A stretch of 63,350 bases of DNA, filler included, from Chiloscyllium plagiosum (taxonomy: Eukaryota): the NCBI RefSeq assembly GCF_004010195.1. It is 3 parts of one record of this genome, joined end to end, with 100 filler letters (N's around TTAATTAATTAA, not from the genome) between each part and the next. Parts side by side here need not be neighbours in the genome. Positions count along the whole stretch, not along the records: positions 30,103 to 55,667 come from NC_057715.1; 2 more parts are not named here. The stretch is one strand, 5' to 3'. The notes beneath the pieces were generated by a model. The model was not told the DNA's origin. It searched no databases and saw nothing but the letters and a program-made list of their open reading frames with translations. Of this stretch, positions 40,636-53,225 are shown in pieces; position 1 is the stretch's first letter; each line of letters opens with the position of its first letter. Both the position numbers and the translations under genes were made by a program.

Positions 40636-40950
40636 TGAGTGGCACAGTGGCTTAGTAATTAGCACTGCTGTCTCACAACATCAGGCATGACTCCCCGCAT
40701 CTGCAGGAGTTTCCTCCGAGTGCTCTGGTTTCTTCCCACAGTCCAAAGAGTTGCAGAATAGGTGGATTGGCCATGCTAAATTGCCCATTGAGTCCAGGAA
40801 GGTGAACGTTAGGTGGATTAGCCATGGGAAATGCAATGTTGCAGAGACAGGGTAGGGAGGTGGGTCTGAGTGGGATGCTCTTTGGATGGTTGTTATAGAA
40901 TCAATGGGCCAAATGGCTTGCTTCCACACTGTAGGAATTCTACAATCTAA
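40636..40950 (+). mobile_element. HE1-family V-SINE (diverged, internally deleted)
   Basis: GTGGCACAGTGG...AGCACTGCTG head, partial core and CR1-like tail. Confidence 0.75.
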
Positions 40951-41575
40951 ATGAATTTGCCTAATTGGTTGAATGGCTGTCTCTTGATTCTCAGACACTT
41001 AGGGATGAAGGAAGATTTTACCTGACAAGAAAATAGATTGTTTGAGTAGGCTTTCAGGGTTAAGCAACAATCAGCTTATTAACATATGATGGAGCAGACT
41101 CCATGACTGAGTGGACTACTTGTGTTCCTAATTTGTCTGTTCATATGCTTTTCCTTTCAAAAATGATTCAAAATCTAGTTCCTGAATAACTATACAACTT
41201 GGGGTCAACAAGTGAGACATTTTAGGACAGAGCCAGAGCCTGGAGTAGGATGATCAGGGTAAGAAGATCGATATGCAATAAAAGTTAAGATTAATAATCC
41301 CAATGGTGGGACAGCTAGGCTCAGCAGTAATCAAGATTATGCTTTCCTTGAAAGTAACTTATTCTTCTGCAGATGATCACTGTCATAGATACTTTCTAAG
41401 TACAGTCAGTACTAGTGGGAAACCTAGGCCTTGGGCCTCTTAATTGCATATATAAATAATTACTGCTTAAATTAATTATGACTAGAGGATGCTGACAATT
41501 ATTTTGGACATTTAGGAAGTCATCTAGCACCTGTCTTAATTTCTGTTCTGAAATGTTAAACATATGACTCTATAC

Positions 41576-41743
41576 CTTCGATTTCACGAAAATTTTTCAC
41601 CAGCTCCACAAGTTCATTTTCTCGAACCGTAATAATTCTGCGATGTTCAATGCTTCCAACATTCTTGTACTCCAGCCAGTATGCTTTCACTTCTTCCTCC
41701 TTCAGAATTTTCTGCTCCACAACTTTTAAAGAATTCAGCAACT
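41576..41743 (-). CDS. CCDC83: CCDC83 coding exon (168 nt)
   Basis: tttgagtcag|AG TTG CTG...ATC GAA G|gtatag. Encodes (E)LLNSLKVVEQKILKEEEVKAYWLEYKNVGSIEHRRIITVRENELVELVKNFREIE, with the diagnostic YWxEYKNVGS motif (human KEYWEEYKNVGSERH). Phase 1-1. Confidence 0.92.
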
Positions 41744-42029
41744 CTGACTCAAACAAAAAAAAATACATTCAGTATTTGTATGAATTCTCAGCTCGGTACA
41801 CAGCTTTTCCAGTTTGTCAGACAATCACAATCAAGAAGAAATAAGATAAATGTTAATAAAACAGGTACTCAAAGAAATCAGGAATAGTTCATTCAAGAAT
41901 TTGGAGAGAAGAAACGTTGAATAAATAAGTGTAATTTACATTTGAAAATTTCTTATTTGCAAACAAAACAAATGCTTCCAACAACATTGTTGCTTGTGAA
42001 GGATTAATGTATTAATTCAGCCCCTCTTT

Positions 42030-42380
42030 TGGTTCCTAATTCCTTCATGGGATGAGGGTGTCACTGGCTTGGCCAGCATTTATTGTACATCCCCAGTTGC
42101 CCAGAGGACAGTTAAGAGTGAACCACATGAGTCTGAGAGTCTGGAGTCACATGTAGGCCTGACCAGGTAATGATGACAGGTTCCTTCTCAAAGGGCATTA
42201 GTGAAGCATATGGGTTTTTCTGACATTTGACAATGGATTTATGACTCTTAATGCCAAATTTTTATTTAATTCAAATACTATCATTTGTCATGGCAAGGAT
42301 CACACCAGGGTCTCTAGAACATTATCTGGGTCTCTGGATTAATAGTTCAGTGATAATATCACAAGGCCATTGCCTCTCCA
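42030..42380 (-). mobile_element. tRNA-headed shark SINE
   Basis: Sense strand begins GGAGAGGCAATGGCCTTGTGATATTATCACTGAACTATTAATCCAGAG and ends ...AATAAATGCTGGCC...ATCCCATGAA. Same family as 54624-54945 and 61790-62125. Confidence 0.6.
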
Positions 42381-42539
42381 AAGGGCAAATACATCCTTTA
42401 TGGGCTGGAGAATTTGAGCTATGAGAAAAAGTTGATTAGGCTGGGTTGATTTCCTTTGGGCAGTGAAGGTTCAGAGTTTAAACTGAATTTGCAGGGAATT
42501 GGGGCACAGAGTAGTTGCAAGGTCTAATCAGATATAGAA

Positions 42540-45500
42540 GGAACACTAGGACAGTGTAGTAGGTGGAGAACAAATGGGCAGGGTAAATATATAGGAGGTC
42601 TAGAAAACTAAATTGTATCTACTTCAATGCATGGAACTTGACTGGTAAAGCGGATAAGAGCATTGATCAGCACGTGGGAATATGGTAATGTTGCAATTGC
42701 CGAGACATGGTTCAAAGAAGGACAGGACTGACAGCTCAACATTGCAGGGTATTTGATTTGATTTGGTTTCATTTATTGTTGTCATATGTACCGAGATACA
42801 GTGAAAAGTTGTGTTTTGTGTGCTCTACAGGCAGCTTGTACCATACAAAGTGCATCAGACTAGCAGACAATGTGCAAAATATAATGTTAAAGCTGCAGGG
42901 ACAGAGATCAGAATTAACATTTGAGAAGTCCATTTAAAAGTATGACAACAACGGAGGAAAAAGCTGTTCTTGTATCTGTTCGTACTTGTAGTCAAAATTA
43001 TAAATCTTCTGCCTGATGGAAGAAAGTGGAAGAGAGTATAATCAGGGTGAGAAGAGTCTCTGATTATGTTGGTTGTTTTCCCAAGGCAGCAGGAAGTACA
43101 GTTGGAGTCAATAGATGGAAAGCTGGTTGGTGTGATAGCCTGGGCTCTGCTCACGACTCTCTGTAGTTCCTTGCGATCTTGTGAAGGACAGTTGCCATAC
43201 CACGATGTGATACATCCAGATAGGTTGTTTTCAATGGCACATCTATAAAAATTGGGAAGAGTCTTTGTGAACATGCTGAACTTCCTTCATTTTCTGAGGA
43301 AGTAGAGGCGTTATGCTTTCTTGACCATCACATCGAAGTGATGTAGAAGTTTTAGACATGATTGGGTGGGAAGTCAGAGAGGTGGGAGCATTGCATTATT
43401 GATAAAGGAAACCATGAATACAGTAATGAGGATAAAACCCTGGAAGGGTCTTCAAATTAGGCCATTTGAGTACAGCATAGAGATAAAAAAAGGGGTGATT
43501 ACTTCACTGAGTTTATAGTATTGGCCTCCTAAGAATCAGAGGAAGAAAGAGGAGAAAATATGTAGGCAAATCAGAGGAAGGTAAGAGAAATACAATGTTA
43601 TAATTGTAAGGGACTTTGCTAACATTAACTGGGATCACCTTAAGTGTGAAAAGATTGGATGGGTGGAACTTTTAAAGTGCATCCAGGAATATTTTTATGT
43701 CAGTCCACTAGAAATGGGGCAGTTCTACATCTAAGCCTAGGGAATGAAACTAATCAAGTGGTTGAAGTTTCAGTAGGTGAGCATTTTGGGAATAGTGACC
43801 ATAACTCTAAGTTTCAAAGGGATAAGGGTAATCCAGGAATTGGAGTGTCTAAATTAGATGAAGGCCAATACAGGAAATGGCAAACATAGATCAAGAGCAG
43901 ATACTTCTAGTTAAGGCGACATATGGAAAGTGGGAGCCTTTTAAATGTAGGATAGTGAGAATGGGAATGGGGGGGGAGAGGTCCTTTCAGAGTGGAGGGC
44001 AAGGACAGCAAGTCCAGGGAATCCTGAATGTCAGGGGATATCAAGAGTTTGATAAAGTAAAAAGAGGATGCATATGTCAGATCAGTGCATTTAATACAGG
44101 GAGATGGCATTCAAAAGTATAGAGAGTGTGGGAGGTTGCTTAAAAAGGAAATTATCTTTGACAGATGAAATTAAAGCTTTTTATTGGTATATTAAAATTG
44201 ATAAGATTACAAAGGACAGGGTGGGACTGATTACAAATCAAAGGGACAATCTGTGCGTGAAGCCAGTGGACATGGGAGAGGTCTTAAATGAATACTTTGC
44301 ATCTGTATTCACAGAAGAGAAAGACATTGTAGCCAGGGATTTCAGTTAGGATGGTGAGTTTCTAGAACACATTAAGACTATTAAGGATTAAGTGGTAGAT
44401 GTTTTAGCGGGCATACAGGTATATAATCCTTAGGGCCTGATGAGATGAACTCAGGCTGCTTTGGGAGGCATGGGGGGAGATTGATGGGGCCGTGGTGATA
44501 TATTTAATATTTTGCCAGCCACAGCTGAAGTGTCAGATGACTGGAGGAAACAAATGTGGTTCCTTTGTTCAAGAAGGGCAGCAGGGATGGGCCAGATAAT
44601 TACACACCAGTTGGTCTGAAGTCAGTGGTAGACAAATAATTGGAAAAAATTCAAAGGACAGGATTAATCGATACTTTGAAAGGTAGGATTGATCAGAGAG
44701 AGTAGCATAGATTTGTTAGAGGGAGATCTTATCTGACTAATTCAATTGTTTGAAACAGTGACTAAATATATTGATGAGGACAGAACAGTTGATGTGGTTT
44801 ACATGGACTTCAGGTAGGCCTTTGACAAGGTCCTGCATGGAACACTGGTCCAAAAGGTAAGTGGTCATGGAATCCAAGGCAAGTTGGCAAATTGGATCCA
44901 AAATTTGTTTACAAATACGAGGCTAAGGGTGATGATGCAGGGTTGTTTTGGAATTGGAAGCCTGTGACCAGCAATGTATCACAGGGACTGGTGCTAGAAC
45001 CCTTGTTATTTGTTAGACGACTTGGATGTGAATGTAGAAGGCTCAATTCATAAGTGTGCAGATGATAAAAAAAATTGGTGTTGTTGATAGGAGGATGCTT
45101 TCAGACTACATTGTGATATTGATTGGCTGGTAATTTGGGCAGAATAATGGCAGATGGAATTTAATTCTGATAAGTGCAAGGTAATGCATTTGGAAAGTAT
45201 AATAAGGAAAGGATATACACAATGAAGTATTGAGAAACAAAGGGACATTGATGGACAAGTCCATAGATTCCTGAAGATGTCAGCATAGGTAGACAGGTTT
45301 GTGATGAAGGCATACAGGATGCTTATCTTCATTAGCAATGGTGCAAATTATAGGAGCAAAATCTTGTTACAACTTTAAAAAACATTGGTTAGGCTACAGA
45401 TAGAATACTGTGTGCAGTTCTGGTTGCCACCCTATTGGAAGGATGTGATTGTATTGGAGAGGATGCACAGAAACTTCACCAGGATGTTGCTTGGGATGGA

Positions 45501-45634
45501 AGTCTCAGGAGAGACTAGATAGTCTAAATTTGTTTCCCTTGGAGCAGAGTAGGCTGAAGGGAGATCTGGTTGAGGTATACAAAATTATAAGAGGCATAGA
45601 CAGAGTAGATCATGGGAATTTCTTCTCCTTGACA
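42540..45634 (+). mobile_element. Decayed near-full-length CR1 ORF2, interrupted by Rex1 and a younger CR1; 3' end resumes at ~47346-47630
   Basis: Endonuclease start LNCIYFNA, MGEVLNEYFASVFTEE, DVVYMDFR*AFDKV, and EYCVQFWLP. Confidence 0.85.
42752..43340 (-). mobile_element. Rex1/Babar-clade LINE 3' fragment
   Basis: NFYRCAIENNLSGCITSWYGNC...LQRVV...IIRDSSHP...LPSGRRF, with a (CAAAT)n tail at ~42752-42770. Confidence 0.8.
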
Positions 45635-47345
45635 GTAATGTGGTGCCACTATTTAAGAAAGGTGGTAAGGAAAAGCCAGGAAACAATGTACCGGTAAACC
45701 TGACATCAGTGGTGGGCAAGTCATTGGAGGGAATCTTGAGGGACAAGATTTACATGTATTTGGAAAAACAAGGACTGATTAGGAATAGTCAGCATGGCTT
45801 TGTGTATAGGAAATCATGTCTCACTAACTTGATTGAGTTTTTTGAAGAAGTAACATAGAGGATTGATGAGGGCAGAGTGGTGGATGTGATCTATATGGAC
45901 TTCAGTAAGGTGTTCAACAAGGTTCCTCATGATAAGACTGCTGAGCAAGGTTAGATTACGTTGAATACAGGGAGAACTAGCCATTTAGATGCAGAACTGA
46001 ATCGAAGGTAGAAAACAGAGGGTGGTGGTGGAAGGTTGCCTTTCACACTGAAGACCTATGACCAGTGTTGTGCCACAAGAATCTGTGCTAAATCCACTGC
46101 TTTATATCATTTATATAAATGATTTGAATGTGCACACAGGGGGTATTGTAAGTTTGTAGATGACACTAAAATTGGAGGTGTAGTGGACAGCAAAGAAGGT
46201 TACCTTAGAATACAAGGGGGTCTAGATCAGATGGGCCAATGAGCTGAGGAGTGGCAGATGGAGTTTATTTTTAGATAAATATGAGATGCTGCATTAATGG
46301 TAAAGTTTTGGGAAGTGATGCTGAACAAAGAGACCTTGGAGTGCAGGTTCATAGTTTCTTGAAAGTGGTGTCACAGGTAGATAGGATAGTGACGAAGGCA
46401 TTTGGTATGCTTTCCTGTATTGGTCAGCGCGTTGAGTATAGGAGTTGGGAGGTCACGCTGTGGCTGTACAGGACATTGGTTGGCAATTTTTGGAATATTG
46501 TGTGCAATTCTGGTCTTCCTCCTAAAGGAAGGATGTTGTAAAACTTGAAAGGATTCAGAAAAGATTTACAAGGATGTTGCCAGGGTTGGAGGGTTTGAGC
46601 TATAGGGAGAGGCTGAATAAGCAGGGACTGTTTTCCCTGGAGCATCAGAGGCTGAGGGTTAACCTTATAGAGATTTATAAAATCATGAGAGGCATGGGTA
46701 GGATAAATAGACAAGGCATTTTCTGTGGGCTGGGGGGAGTCCAAAACGTGAGGGCATAGGTTTAGGATGAGAGTGGAAAAACTTAAATGGGACATAAGGG
46801 GCAACCTTTTCACGCAGAGGGTGGTGCATGTACGGAAATGAATTGCGAGAGGAAGTGGTGGAGGCTAGTATAATTACAACATTTAGAGTCATAGAGATGT
46901 ATAGCATGGAAACAGATCCTTCGGTCCAACCCGTCCATGCCGACCAGATATCCCAACCCAATCTAGTCCCACCTGCCAGCACCCGGCCCATATCCATCCA
47001 AACCCTTCCCATTCATATACCCATCCAAATGCCTCTTAAATGTTGCAATTGTACTAGCCTCCACCACATCCTCTGGCAGCTCATTCCATATACGTACCAC
47101 CCTCTGCGTGAAAAAGTTGCCCCTTAGGTCTCTTTTATATCTTTCCCCTCTCACCCTAAACTTACGCCCTCTAGTTCTGGACTCATTTAAAAGATATCTG
47201 AATGGGTATATGAATAGGAAGGGATTAGAGGGATATGGGTCTAGTGCTGGTAAATAGAAGTAAATTAGTTTAGGATATCTGGTTGGCATGGATGAGTTGG
47301 ACAGAAGGGTCTGTTTCCATGCTGTACATCTCTATGACTCTAAGA
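45635..47345 (+). mobile_element. Younger 5'-truncated CR1 carrying an antisense CR1 3' fragment at 46885-47185
   Basis: VVPLFKKGGKEKPGN...SCLTNLIEFFEEVT, DVIYMDFSK, and a tail TCTATGACTCTAA at ~47331-47343. Confidence 0.88.
46885..47185 (-). mobile_element. Young CR1 3' fragment inserted antisense into a same-family CR1
   Basis: ESRTRGRKFRVRGERYKRDLRGNFFTQRVVRIWNELP plus 3' UTR. A short CATTT repeat lies at both junctions. Confidence 0.85.
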
Positions 47346-48298
47346 CTGTCTATTACCAGAGGGCATAGGTTTATGCTCATGAGCAAATGATTTAGAGGAG
47401 ATCTGAGGAATTTTATTTTCTCCTGAGAGTGATCCATGCTGCCTGAGGGACGATGGAGGCAAGTGCTCTTGCAACATTTAAGAAGCATCTCGATGAGTAC
47501 TTAAAATGCCAGGGAATAATCGGCTATGGATTAAGTGCAAGTAAATGGGATTAGTGTAGTCTGGTGTTTGTTCATCGACATAGACATGGTGGGCTGAAGG
47601 GCCTGTTTGCATGCTATATGATTTTATGACACTAAGATTGAGGGGCATCGATAAACTAGATAGGAAAGCATTTTTCTATATGTAGTGGTGTTAGTAACCA
47701 GGGTGCATGTATTTAAGGCAAGAGGTAGAAGGCTAAGAGGGAAGTTGAGACATTTTTCACTTAGAGAGTGATGGAAAGATGATTGAGTAGAAACTCTCAA
47801 AACATTTTAGTAGTATTCAGATATCCATTTGTATTAGCATATCCTTCAGGAATATAGGCCAAAAGGCATCTTTCTGTGCTGTAAACAACAATGAATTATT
47901 CATCAGCTATCTTAAAAGAACAAAGTTTGGAAGTTTGTTTATAGTTTGGAAGGTAACGGAATACTAAATGGCAGTGAATAGTTGAACCTCATCGAGAAAT
48001 ATTTTTCACATTTTCACTTTAAGATTTTGTCACATGAGATTTCTCATAGCAACACTTCTCACACAATGCTCATCACTTTGTTAATCTGGCATCCAAGGGA
48101 CTGAAAGCACATCTCAGGGAATCGCATAACCAGAGAGGTGAATGTTCTTGCCACTGACAGGTCCTTGTGACTTGTACCCCCCAGAGCCATGTTGAAAACT
48201 CAGCTGTACACCGTTCTAAATGCTATGAACCAGGAATGACCCTCACTCTGTTCAGTCTCTAGAATTAGGACAGGGCCCAGAGGAAATGGAAACTCACT

Positions 48299-48508
48299 CA
48301 TTGCTTCATGGACAGTGATCTGAAAATCTTATGGAATGGGGAGGTGAAAAGGAGAACGATCCTTTTTCCAGCCAATTGACAAGGAGGCCATGTCACCAGA
48401 CACAGCCAGCACAGACACAAATTGCAGCCCATGTCAGTGCTATGTCTCTGGTAAATTGGGATGCACAGCAGTGCAAAAAAGGTCAATAATCTTTTGCACT
48501 CCACAAGA
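48299..48508 (+). mobile_element. Myb/SANT-like DNA-binding gene relic of a PIF/Harbinger transposon
   Basis: CFMDSDLKILWNGEVKRRTILFP...QIAAHVSAMSLVNWDAQQCKK(K)VNNLL fits the Harbinger/NAIF1-type Myb-like pattern. Stops and frameshifts are present. Confidence 0.6.
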
Positions 48509-48713
48509 AAAAGTGCCATCACCTTCTCTCTGCTACCTCACAAGGATACCACTCACTCTAACTCTGCAAGTTCAGAAACATCTCACCAAGGACCATGAGC
48601 TACAGCTCTCACCACTGCATGCATTATGTCCACCCTAAAGGGTCTGACCTACCTTATGCTCCACACTACTAACCCTCCTGCCCCTCAGTGTTTCCAATAC
48701 ACTCAGTAGGGAA

Positions 48714-48791
48714 ACTTCATTATCTCTTCTGCTCTTGCATCACCATTAATATACTTCATTATCTCTTCTGCTCTTGCATCACCATTAATAT
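48714..48791. repeat. Perfect 39-bp tandem duplication
   Basis: ACTTCATTATCTCTTCTGCTCTTGCATCACCATTAATAT x2. Confidence 0.95.
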
Positions 48792-48829
48792 CTCTGTCAT
48801 ACACTTCTATCACACTTAATCTCTCCATT

Positions 48830-49280
48830 TTATCATAGAATAATAGAATCCCTATAGGGTGGAAGCAGGCTATCAGGCCCATCAAGTCTGCACTGACCCT
48901 CCAAAGAGCATCCCATCCAGACCCACACCCCTACCCTGTCCCTGTAACCCTACATTTCCCATGGCTATTCCACCTAACCTGCACATTCCTGGACACTGGG
49001 GCAATTTACTACAGGGAGAAAGTGAGGACTGCAGATTCCTGAAGAAGGGCTCATGCCCGAAACGTCGATTCTCCTGCTCCTTGGATGCTGCCTGACCTGC
49101 TGCGCTTTTCCAGCAACACATTTTCAGCAATTTACTACAGCCAATCCACCTAACTTGCACATCTTTGGTCTGTGGGAGGAAACCACAGCATCTGGAGGAA
49201 GCACACAGAAACAAGGGGAGAATGCGCACTCCACACAGACAGTTGCAGGAGGATAGAATCAAAACCAGCCTGGTGGGCTG
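48830..49280 (-). mobile_element. HE1-family V-SINE interrupted by a hammerhead module
   Basis: V-SINE core and tail on the minus strand, split at 49015-49126. Confidence 0.8.
49015..49126 (+). mobile_element. 112-nt PLE pseudo-LTR module with intact hammerhead core (49039-49066)
   Basis: CTGAAGA-A-GGGC-tcat-GCCC-GAAA-CG-TC. Flanked by the perfect 14-bp direct repeat GCAATTTACTACAG (49001-49014, 49127-49140). The first ~20 nt are the inverted pLTR terminus. Confidence 0.82.
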
Positions 49281-50929
49281 TGCAGGAAGTGGTGGCCCAT
49301 ACTAGGCTGCAACATCCAAGATAAGGAAGCTGTGAGAGTGGAAACAGGTTCCTCACTCCTTACAAGTAGAATATTCTGTTTTAGCTGACAAGTATAACTG
49401 CTCATGTGGGGATGAGGGACCTTGATGGTGAACCAACCCAATAAGCTCCATTGTGTTGTGCTATGGTGCTCCCATTCCATCAGTGCTAAATCATTTTTAA
49501 TTGGCACAAGATTTTATCCTTCTGAGACAACAAATCCTGTCCCATGCTGGAACTAGTGGCACTGCAAACCTCTACAAAAAGACCAGGCCAGAGATTCTCA
49601 GCTCCATCTCAGAGGAGAATCCACTGTGCTGTCTACATCTGCCACCTCCCTCCAGCTCAGAAGCTTTCACATTGGTTGGTACTCCGTCTCGGTTGGCAGT
49701 CCAATCTGGTGAACAGTCATATCTCCTCAGCTAGTTGAGGGAAAAAAACACCTTACATTTGGAAAATTGCTCGAGCTCAGGCATCTGCTCAGCCCAAAGC
49801 TGAAGGCAAGTCCCAGTTCTTGGCTAGTAATAACTTCACCAAATTGCACAGACAGGTAAAGGAACAATTGGCATAGTTGCCAAAACAATGTGGTACAATG
49901 GATCAAAGGACAAAATAATTCATCAACATTATCAGTACCATGCGGCTTTGGCATTTTGATGAACACAAGTTGGCAACCACTTTGGAGAACCAGGTCCAGC
50001 ATACTTGGTGTCTGACACATATGTGCATAGACCTGCACTCCACTGCACTAGCCACAGGTGCTCAGCATCAATGGCAAAGCGGTGGTGTTGCAGTACCTTG
50101 ACCTCACTGAAAAGGCTCCTTCCTCTTAGGGAAACAAGGTAGTATCAGGTGCCAGCCAAAATGGGGAGGAGCAACAAACAGACTCCCCACTAAACCCCTC
50201 AACCCTCAAGAAGCATCTTCTCAGGGCACTCCCAGGTTTCCTAACCCTTTCAGTTCTGCTTTGCCTGTGATCCCAAAGCTTGTATTAGTTTCAAGTGGAA
50301 CGGAGAGTGAGGGGGAGGTGGGGGTCAAGGAGGAATGGTGAACCTGCACTTGGGCAGGAGGACTTCAGCAGGCCCAAAGGCACCAGTGAGTGTGTGCTCA
50401 AGCCTTCCAAGACAGTATGGCCAACCACACAGCAGCTTCTCTCTATCTCAACTGCAGAAGTCAGGATTGCATTTTGACATAGTGGGAGAGAGAGAGGAAG
50501 AAGGAAACTTTTTGAGGACACATAGGTGGCATAGGTAAAATATAGTAAGAAACTTTTCACTTTTTAAAATATATGTGAAATTGCACTCTTGCATGAAAGG
50601 GCAAGCATCCAAAAATATCAACTTTACAGTCAAATGCATAACCAGACATTTATTCAGCTACCCCAAAAGTCAAAGACTGCAAAGCTAACAAGGTCCCCAT
50701 ATTTTTTTCACTAAGCAGGTGGTGCCTCCCATATCACAATCAGAACATTAAATAATTAAGTGAAGTCCAAACCTGGTTCATTCATCCTAGGTGTGGGTTT
50801 CGTTTATGATATCCCTGGCTTCTTTAGCTCAATGATGCATTGCTTTGTCACACTATCTTGGATGGCCCTCCTGATCAGTATTCTAATCATCATCTTCATC
50901 CTCAGAAAATTTTGTCTGCATTCAACACA

Positions 50930-52320
50930 TCTCACCTCCCACTGTGTCCCCCTCCTTTGTCGGTTTTAGCTGTGAAGGGTGCAATATGTGACACTGGTGC
51001 AGAACATTTTCTTCAGGATACACTGCAAATTTCCATCAGAGCTGTTAAGACATGTTCAACTATTCACCTTTGCTCTGGTGGAAGTGTAAGCAACATTGTA
51101 GCCTTTTTTGTTGATGAACCCTGCAGGTTGGTGAAAAGGCACTCTTTAAGCAACCGTTGGTGCAGCTGATAGAGCCCTGCACCTGTTGGAAGACAACAAT
51201 GATCTAAAATCCCACTGCCTGGACTATTTAATTCTTCTCATCACATCGGAAGAATATGATGAGCTGCGCTCTGGAGAAAATGACATCAGAAACAAATCAA
51301 ATGCATTTATGAATTGAGGGCTGGGGGACAACACACAGAACCCAACTTGCTTCCTAAAATGAGCTACTCACATAAAAATTGTAGACAATTCCAACCTTAA
51401 TAAACACTAGTTTGGGATTACAACATGGGGTTTCTGACTTCAAATCCAGTTCTTGCAGATTAAACAGTTAAGCGATGCTGTGCCAGAATGTCTTTAATAA
51501 TCCTTTCTGACAATTAAGATATTGAAAGCGTGGCCTGCAAATGCAGGATCTCCTGATTTTCCACTGCTTCCTTCACGAATATGTATCTGTTGCTAGTCCG
51601 TTATAAGTGGTGTGGCAGCTGCAGGAGGTTGTAGTCTTTGCATGGGTTTCTTATATCTTCCACATTGTCCATGTAGTTGCATCAAGACCACAAGTCCTCC
51701 AGCCACAGTGATCTTCATGTGAGATCTATAAGCAGATAATTTGTAGCAAATGCCACAAAGGTAATACAAGTTTATTTGTTCATCCATCACAATGGAGGTA
51801 TCCCAAGGAGGTCATTGTCGTGAGGGTCTAATACAATTAAAGTTTTCATGCATTGGTAGCAGAATTTTGCCAGAATGTGAACATGGGCAGCACGGTGGCA
51901 CAGTGGTTAGCACTGCTGCCTCACAGCGCCTGAGACCCGGGTTCAATTCCCGCCTCAGGCGACTGACTGTGTGGAGTTTGCATGTTCTCCCCGTGTCTGC
52001 GTGGGTTTCCTCCGGGTGCTCCGGTTTCCTCCCACAGTCCAAAGATGTGCAGGTCAGGTGAATTGGCCATGCTAAATTGCCCGTAGTGTTAGGTAAGGGG
52101 TAAATGTAGGGGTATGGGTGGGTTGCGCTTCAGCGGGTCGGTGTGGACTTGTTGGACCCAAGGGCCTGTTTCCACACTGTTATGTAATCTAATGTAATCT
52201 AATGATGATTTCCCCGGAAAGAAAAGGCTCCCTTCCACATCACAGACCACATCCCTGCATCCTTAGAATTCTGTGTGAACGTGGCAGCTGCAATGCATTG
52301 TCCTACAAACCTAAGAATTC
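50930..52320 (-). mobile_element. Decayed PIF/Harbinger transposase, C-terminal half
   Basis: YNVAYTSTRAKV...CLNSSDGNLQC...CTLH resembles the Harbinger YNxAHxxTRxxIE...CLxxSGGxLQY...CCVLHN. A VCD...HHVHIL-like remnant lies upstream, split by an HE1 SINE. Confidence 0.55.
51885..52202 (+). mobile_element. HE1-family V-SINE (young, full length)
   Basis: GGGCAGCACGGTGGCACAGTGGTTAGCACTGCTGCCTCACAGCG...GGTTCAATTCCC head, V-SINE core and TAATC tail. Nearly identical to 21136-21445. Confidence 0.92.
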
Positions 52321-53056
52321 AGTATTTACATGAAATGAAAAGTTCATATGCTGCTTTTAAGTGTGTTGTTCTCATGCTTAGATGAAATGACAAGGAGGCA
52401 ATTGCTATGCACAATGTAATTATCATGATTGCATCAAGTCATAATTTTTGAAATGTATTTTTGCACAATGACCTGCCAATGCAATGCAAATTGAAGCCAG
52501 ATGGGTGGCATTAGTGAATCAGTGGAGGCATGATCATTTAAATTACTAACAAACCCTCAACTTCTAAAAATATTATTCAACCAAAGAAAAAAAATAATTT
52601 TTTAACCAAATGTGCATATGGTCATATCCATTTGAATAGCTATTGCAGTTTACTTCAATCTAACAAAGCAAGTTTCCAAATTAATTTCAATGTGAGTAAA
52701 CTGCAGATTCTGACTGTGATGTACAAATTTCTGCCCCTTCCTTCATGTTTCCTTTGTGTTGCTTACTGTGTGGCACCCATGACTTTTCAGCTGACCTCCC
52801 AACAACATTTCCATTGTGCCATGTTTATGAATGTGTCCACTTTACCTCCAAATCCTATAGCTTTGGAAGTTCCTGTGCACTTCATTGTCCTACACATGTA
52901 AAGATCAGAGTTACTGTGACCATATGAACCTGCCTTTCCAGAGCTCCTCTCTGATTCACTACAAGGTCCCACCCTACTGTCTATAATTGCCCCCCTCACT
53001 CCATTTGAATATTAAAGTCTTGAGAACAGAAATTCTGTTAATATAAATGAAAATAC

Positions 53057-53225
53057 CTTGTGTTTGCTGTTTGTTTTGTTTAATTATTTCCAATTTTTCT
53101 TTTAAAGCTTGTGCTACTTGTTCATTGTTGATTTTCTCTTTGCGTTCTAGCTCTTTCTCCAGCTCCTTTGCTTTTCTGACTAGAATTCTGATGTGTTCCT
53201 TCTGCTCCTTCTTCAACTGTTCATT
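53057..53225 (-). CDS. CCDC83: CCDC83 coding exon (169 nt; coiled-coil domain-containing protein 83)
   Basis: tttttgtaag|AAT GAA CAG...ACA CAA G|gtattt. Encodes NEQLKKEQKEHIRILVRKAKELEKELERKEKINNEQVAQALKEKLEIIKQNKQQTQ; recalled human NSRLKEEQIWHIRHLL...VEEAMKEKW. The four exons splice to 498 nt (166 codons) with no stop. Confidence 0.9.

Noticed and set aside
51885..51960. tRNA gene (also 21136 and 53503)
   Set aside because: The A/B boxes are SINE heads continuing into V-SINE or other SINE bodies, with no complete cloverleaf.
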